DNA of 63,488 nucleotides, filler included, from Reclinomonas americana ATCC 50394 (Eukaryota): NCBI GenBank assembly GCA_048213135.1. It is 13 parts of 13 records of this genome, joined end to end, with 100 filler letters (N's around TTAATTAATTAA, not from the genome) between each part and the next. Parts side by side here need not be neighbours in the genome. Positions count along the whole stretch, not along the records: positions 46,392 to 54,599 come from AFZH01018979.1; positions 54,700 to 59,964 come from AFZH01018980.1; positions 60,065 to 62,388 come from AFZH01018981.1; positions 62,489 to 63,488 come from AFZH01018989.1; 9 more parts are not named here. One strand, 5' to 3'. Shown piece by piece: positions 52,301 to 63,488 of this stretch (position 1 is its first letter; each line of letters starts with the position of its first letter). The notes under the pieces were generated by a model. It saw only the letters and a program-made list of their open reading frames with translations, ran no database searches and was not told where the DNA came from. The position numbers and the translations under genes were made by a program.

Positions 52301-54182
52301 ATGCCGTCGGTCAAAAGGTTCGATTGTATGAGGGGGCAGTGAGAGTGTGCAGAGCGCTGACGCACGTGCGTCGACAGACATTTGTGCACGCCCTCGACTG
52401 GGACGAAAAGAAACTGGTGCCAGTGGCCTTCTTCGACGGCCAAACCTACGTCTCCACCGCCTGCTCCATCAAGAACTACGTGGTGTGGGGAGATATGCTG
52501 AAGAGTGTGTGGATGCTGCGGTGGAAGGTCTGTCTTTCTGTCTGCCGCTAAAGAGTTGTTGATGATGTTGATTTTTTCACTCACCGACATGCACACACAC
52601 GACAGGAAATGCCGCAAGAGGGCGACATCATCTCACGAACACTGACGCTGATGGGCCGCGATCTCACTCGCTTGCACGTCATGACCACTGAGTTTGTCAT
52701 GTGCGGCGAGCAGCTCGGTGTGCTGGTCGGCGATCTCTCGCACAATGTGCAAGTTTTCCAGTTCCTCCCGCATCGTTGCGTTTTTTTCTTTTTGGAGGGA
52801 GTTTTGGTGCACGGCGCTTGACGCGCGACCGGTGCACAGATGTGGCGAGTTACAATGGTCGTCGATTGATTTGCGTGGCGGATTTCCACGTCGGCAGTCT
52901 CGTGACGTGCGTGGAGCGAGTGCAGGTGGATCCCGTGACACCGCGGTTGGGAGTGGTGGCAGGTGGGTGGGGGAGGAAGGAGGGAGGAGGGAAGGGAGAG
53001 GGGAAGGGGGAGGGAAGGGGAGAAAGGGAGGGAGGGAGGGAGGGGGGAGGGAAGAGACGGAGGGAAAGGGAGGGAAGGAAGGAAGAGAGGCGAGGGAAAA
53101 CGAGGCAGAGAGAAAGAGACACAGGGAAGAGGCACAAACGCACTTGCACACACGCAGGAAAAGCGGGAGGGACGGTCAGTGACTGAGTGCGAGTAAGATA
53201 CTCAAGAAAGACGCACACACACACACACACACGCAAACACACGCAAACACAGAGGGAGCAGGGGAGACAGAGAGAGAGAGAGAGAGAGAGCAGGCCGAGA
53301 GGGTCGCCAGAATGGTGTGGGAAAGAGGATGATAGACACGTTGAGGGTGATTGTTGCCTGTGCGAGGAGCACAACAGCGACACTGTCGCACTGGAGGCAG
53401 GGAACGAACAGGGAGACGAGTGCACAGTGGATTAGCGAGGAAGAGAAATGGAGTAACAAGCGCAAAGCAGGTCGAAGATAAGAGATGAGATGCTCGTGGA
53501 ACCTGACCTGTTACTTTGACGGCTTTCTCTCTCTTACGCCGACTCCCTCCCCCCTCTCTGCACGACTCCGCTCACACCCCTCCCATCGCAGGCACCAACC
53601 GCGGCGCCATCTCTGTCCTCGTACCCGTACGCTCCGGCACCCACCGGCGACTGACGCAGTTGCAGACACGCATGACTGTCACCCTCCCACACAGCGCCGG
53701 CCTCAATCCCAAAGCCTACCGGTACGTGTGTATCCTCTCTCTCCCTCCCTCCCTATTCTTGTTCTTGTTCTTCTCCTTCTTCTCCTTCTTCTCCTTCTCT
53801 CTTTTCTTGTTCTTGCTCTTGCTCTGTTCGCCTCACTCGCGTTCTTTTTTCTCCTCGTCATCCTGCTCCTTCTTCTTCTTCTTCTTCTTCTCTCTCTCTT
53901 CTTCTTCATCTTCTTCTTCTTGTTCTCCCTCTCCTTCTTCATCTCCTCCCCCTTCCTCTCCAATTCCCTCTCCCTCCCTCTCATCGCCGACACAGACTGT
54001 ACCGACCGCGCGACGCCCAAGTCCACGAATCGCGCCGCAACATTGCCGACGGTCGCTTCCTGTGGCGCTTCCTGCACCTCTCCAAGGAGCAAAAGGAGGA
54101 CATTGCGCAGCAGATCTCGTGCACAGTCACCGACCTCATCGATGTGCTTCTCGACGTGGAACGCTGCGTGATGCGAGTGTAA
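46392..54182 (+). CDS. CPSF1: Cleavage and polyadenylation specificity factor 160 kDa subunit, many exons, 5' end in gap
   Basis: DCLILTFFDAKISIVEFD, NVIDMTFLHGYVKPTLLMLFEP, DSLLNIGPI, IVTCSGFGKNGAL, GEDFTCKGR, IKNYVVWGDMLKSV, GRRLICVADFHVG, HSAGLNPKAYR, NIADGRFLWRF. Confidence 0.93.
47280..47840. repeat. Degenerate 25-30-nt intronic minisatellite (GCTTCTCGCTCGTCGCCTCATTCCCT)
   Basis: Tandem copies in a CPSF1 intron. Confidence 0.9.
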
Positions 54183-54329
54183 GACAGAATCAGTCATTCA
54201 CTCTCTTCCTCGATACACCGACGATGATCCTTCTCGACTCAGCAGCGTTCGCTCAAACTGCGACTGTGTGTATATGTTGAGAGAGAGAGAGCAAGTAAAG
54301 GGGGAAAGAGAGAGCAACAAACCAACACG

Positions 54330-54543
54330 TTTTCCATGCGATTCGTGCGGGCATCGGCTTCCCGTGTCAATGCCGCCACCTCAGACATGCGACGCTCCTG
54401 CACCACTCAGCGAGTGAGCACACACACACACACACACTCACACACACACACACACTCACTCTCTCTCTCTCACACACACACTCTCATTCACTCATTCACT
54501 CACTCTTCCACTCACACTCACTCACACACACACACTCACTCTG

Positions 54544-54599
<56 letters not shown>
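54330..54599. repeat. (CA)n/(CACT)n/(CT)n microsatellite cluster at contig end
   Basis: Direct observation. Confidence 0.85.
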
Positions 54600-54699
54600 N
54601 NNNNNNNNNNNNNNNNNNNNNNNNNNNNNNNNNNNNNNNNNNNTTAATTAATTAANNNNNNNNNNNNNNNNNNNNNNNNNNNNNNNNNNNNNNNNNNNN

Positions 54700-59964
<5,265 letters not shown>

Positions 59965-60064
59965 NNNNNNNNNNNNNNNNNNNNNNNNNNNNNNNNNNNN
60001 NNNNNNNNTTAATTAATTAANNNNNNNNNNNNNNNNNNNNNNNNNNNNNNNNNNNNNNNNNNNN

Positions 60065-62012
60065 GGTGGGCGATCACTTCGTCTCGTTGCTCCTCGGTGA
60101 CCAGTGGGCACTCCACGAGTTCCACCTCCCGCAACGACGCACACTGCAGCAGCGCGCTGGCGTCACGCAAACTGCTGCAGTTGGTCACGCACAGCCTCGC
60201 CAACGCCGGCTGCTGCTCCGCACCGTCGAGAGTTTGCAGCTGCCGCACACACATGTGAGCCGCGGAATAAATCACACACACGCGCGCAAGAGACAGAAAA
60301 AGAGCGCACCTCGGACGAGTCTGCCAGCGAGAGCACCGACAGGAACGGCAGCACAGGCAGCTCGCGCAGCGACCTGCTCGTGAAGGATGCCACCACCAGC
60401 GTCTGCAGCCGAGCAACGCAATCGAGTGGCCGCTGTGGTTCGCGTGTGCGCGCCAGGTTGCTGAGGCTAAAGTGACGCTGCGCACGCACAACATGATTAC
60501 GCAGCGCACGCAAAAAAAAACGTGACACATTACAAGCAAATGTACCAGCGCGAGCAATTGCAGCGTGATCAGCGCAAAGCCATCGTCGACGAGCGAGTCG
60601 GACGAGGGCGGAAGCCACTTGCAGCCGACGGCGCTCGGTCGGTCGAGAGTGAGCGATTGCAATCGCGGGGCGCTCAGTGGCAGCGACGCCAGACACTCCA
60701 AATCGTCCTTGATGTCGCACGTGGACAAGCTCAGTGTCAGCAGGGCAGGGAAGGCAGCCGGCACTGCAGCACACGAGTCAGGAGTGACGAAAGAGGGAAA
60801 GTTAGAGGGAGCGTGGCTCACCGGTAAACTCGCTCATCGTGAGCAGCACGCACTTGGCGAGGTGCAACTCGGTCAGCGACGGCAAATCTGCGCAACAGCG
60901 CTCAGCTCCTCGCACGTACACGCAGGCAAAAACAACAAGCACTGCTTCACGCACCACCCAGAGGTGGCGGTTCGCCAGAAGCCGACGCCGTGATGCGATG
61001 ACAGTCCTCCAGACGGAGCACTTGCAGCTGCTGGCAACCGCGGACCACTGATATCACACAAGCATGCATGTATCAATAACAGGCTGAACGCAAGACCAGC
61101 AGAGGCGCTCTGCTCACCGAACGGCCGACCAGCAGGTGGCCGACTGCGCACAGTGAGGTGCGTCAGCGACGGCAGGCGTTCCAGTCCGTGCATGTCCAGG
61201 TTGCCGCCGACGACCAGTGTCGAGAGGTTGGCGAGGGCGGCCAGCGCGCCCAGGTCGTCGACGCACAGCAGATCGTAGAGCACCAGCTTCTCCAGTTGCG
61301 CGCAGCAGGCCAGCAGCTGCAGCTCAGGCGCCGGCAGCAGCGACATGACGTTGAGTGAGAGCTCCCGCAGGCTGGCGACCAGTGCCAACGGTCGACAATC
61401 GACCAGCGATGTCGGCCTGCGACTGTGCGTGTGAGACACAGCGAGGCACAGAGGAGGGGAGGGGGGCGAGGCCAGCAAGCAAAAAAAGCACGCAACGCCT
61501 CAATGATGATGCTGCGCAGCTGCGTGCACAGTGCGAGGCCAAACAGCGATGGTGGATCGCGCAGACACGTGATGCGCAGTGAGGAGAGGTGCGGCATGCG
61601 ATGCAGCTGCACGTCATGCAACGAGGTGTGTTGCCGCACAGAGCGCGTGTCTCCCGCCGCCACAATCTCCAAGTGCGTGCACACACGAAACTTTTCACAA
61701 GAGCGCGCGCGCGCGTGTGTGTGTGCATGCATATGTCAGCAACACAACGACACTCAACACGTGCGTGCATGCATCTCACGCAACTTCTGGTAGTGAGGGT
61801 CCTCCACGCAGCAATCCGCGCCAGGTGACACTTAGGCGACGCGTAAAGTGTGGTGCCTCCTCCATTGAAGGGTGAGCGAGCGCAGCATTCACACAGTCGA
61901 CGCCACTCAGTGCGCGACAGATGCCGTGCAGAATCACAGTGTTGGAGAGGATGCGCGTGGCATCTTGTGGCCATGTGCTAAAGTCGTCTTCCTCTTCCTC
62001 CTCTGCGTCCAT
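60065..62012 (-). CDS. Leucine-rich-repeat protein, possibly with a degenerate N-terminal F-box; 3' end in gap
   Basis: LxxLxL repeats (LRELSL, LEKLVL, LSTLVV, LTHLTV, LQSLTL, LREVEL) with Cys-containing LRR turns; N-terminal ILSNTVILHGICRAL. Confidence 0.7.
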
Positions 62013-62110
62013 TGTTTGTTTTTTTGGAGTTTTTGAATCTTATGGACGGTTGCGGGTGTGTTCAGAAACGCATTTATGCTCTTTTGTTGTTTCTCATAGC
62101 GGTGTCCGCG

Positions 62111-62319
62111 TTACTTGGTTGGGACTGGCGATGATGACGACGATGGCGATGCGGCGCCGGCATCGGTGAGCGCAGTGTGTGTCTCGGACAGTACTTCGGA
62201 GGCGGCCTGCTGGATAATGTGCCATGCGTTGTCAATGTGGGTGGTGTTCGACTGGCCGCCGACGGCCACGCGCAGCGTGTAGCGGTCGCCGAGCTTGGTG
62301 TGGATGATGAAAATGGAAC
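62111..62319 (-). CDS. C-terminal exon of a PLP-dependent group II (aromatic amino acid) decarboxylase
   Basis: GSIFIIHTKLGDRYTLRVAVGG...HIDNAWHIIQQAASEVL matches the DDC/TDC C-terminus. Confidence 0.75.
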
Positions 62320-62659
62320 CTGCGATGCGGCGCCACAGCTGAGGATCGACGCGCACTCGACTGACGACAGGCAGAAGAAGGCGACTCANNNNNNNNNNNN
62401 NNNNNNNNNNNNNNNNNNNNNNNNNNNNNNNNTTAATTAATTAANNNNNNNNNNNNNNNNNNNNNNNNNNNNNNNNNNNNNNNNNNNNGGGAGAAGGGGG
62501 AGAAGGGGGAGAAGGGGAGAAGGGGGGAGAAGGAGGGGAGAAGGAGGGGAGAAGGAGGGGAGAAGGAGGGGAGAAGGGGGAGAAGGGGAGAAGGGGGAGA
62601 AGGGAAGGTAGGTGAGTATGCGTCTCCAAAAGAGCAGAGCATGGAGAGACGAGAGGATC

Positions 62660-63240
62660 AACGAACCAGTGCCGCAGACAGCATCACCGGAGAATTGCGC
62701 TGGGCATGTGCAGGCACCGGTGCCTGCAATGCCATCATCACAGACACCACCATTCTGGCAGGCGCACGCACTGGCGCAAGTGGGGCCGTACATGCCAGCC
62801 GGGCACTGCGCAGATAGATAAGTGAGTGGCCGGAGGAATGGAAGAGAACGAACTCTTGCCCAACCTTCACAGTAAAGAATGATGGCGCCTGAATGAACAC
62901 GCCGGGACTGCCGGTGAGATCAAAGCACACAATAAATGTGCCGTAGCCGGTTGCGGTAGCCGAAATGGTCGAGGTGAACGAGCCATTGGCAGGCGAGCCC
63001 GCACTGGTGAGGAAAGTAGACCCCAGACTTGTGCAGTCAGCCGTAATAGTGTAGTCGACGAAAAAGACCGAATTCACAGTGTTTGCACTGGATGTGGCGT
63101 GCGAGTGAGCAATGCGCAAGAGCGCGACAACCATCGAAAAGAGAAAATGTGCCACGCAACAATGGTCCGCCAATGTCAAACATCACTCCGCCAGTCGCCG
63201 CTGTTGAATTGGGGACAACAGTGTATGCGGCTGTGGCAAA
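62660..63240 (-). CDS. Fragment of a secreted or surface protein with an EGF-like repeat
   Basis: CPAGMYGPTCASACACQNGGVCDDGIAGTGACTCPAQFSG, preceded by beta-rich Ser/Thr exons. Confidence 0.7.
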
Positions 63241-63488
63241 CGGAAGGTGCGATGAGCGAAGGGAGAGTGGCAAGGGAAAAGAGGACAGAGGGGAGAAGAA
63301 TGAAAAAAAGACAAAACGCAAGACAATATATTCTAAAGCGTGCGGGCGTTGGTGGAGAGTAGGTGTGAGAAGAGGATACTGAAAGAGCTCGCCTGGTGCT
63401 GAGAAGCAGGCCTTGGGGAGAGAGAGAGAGGACAGAGGGGAGAAGAATGAAAAAAAGACAAAACGCAAGACAAATATTCTAAAGCGTA

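Overview
This window is eukaryotic, intron-rich genomic DNA, most likely from a protist. It uses the standard code and has many 55-100 nt GT-AG introns and microsatellite-filled long introns. It is a scaffold of 13 contigs joined by 100-nt N44-TTAATTAATTAA-N44 artificial linkers. Several genes continue in the right order across linkers, so much of the adjacency looks real. Genes in order: an SF2 helicase resembling giant-virus helicases, with an N-terminal array of SUMO-motif micro-exons (-); two tandem NLR-like genes that splice into UBL-HEPN(RxxxxH)-NACHT-pentapeptide-WD40 proteins (-); GGPP synthase (+); a large SPRY/CUB-like/HECT E3 ligase (-); dynactin p150 (-); a fused YeeE/YedE sulfur transporter (-); an ankyrin protein (+) flanked by two orphan MGS-start ORFs (-); V-ATPase subunit H (-); CPSF160 (+); a CaMKK-like kinase (+); an LRR protein (-); a PLP-decarboxylase C-terminus (-); an EGF-repeat protein (-). 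There are three main discoveries. (1) The HECT catalytic motif HTCFFSLDLP can be reconstructed only by splicing four consecutive 1-nt exons and two 4-nt exons, and three 3-nt exons follow near the stop codon. (2) The paired UBL-HEPN-NACHT-WD40 genes are candidate RNase-effector immune receptors with hypervariable WD40 arrays. (3) The atypical 5' splice site GTTGCG recurs at about 20 introns. All gene models were read by eye; no database search or RNA evidence was available.
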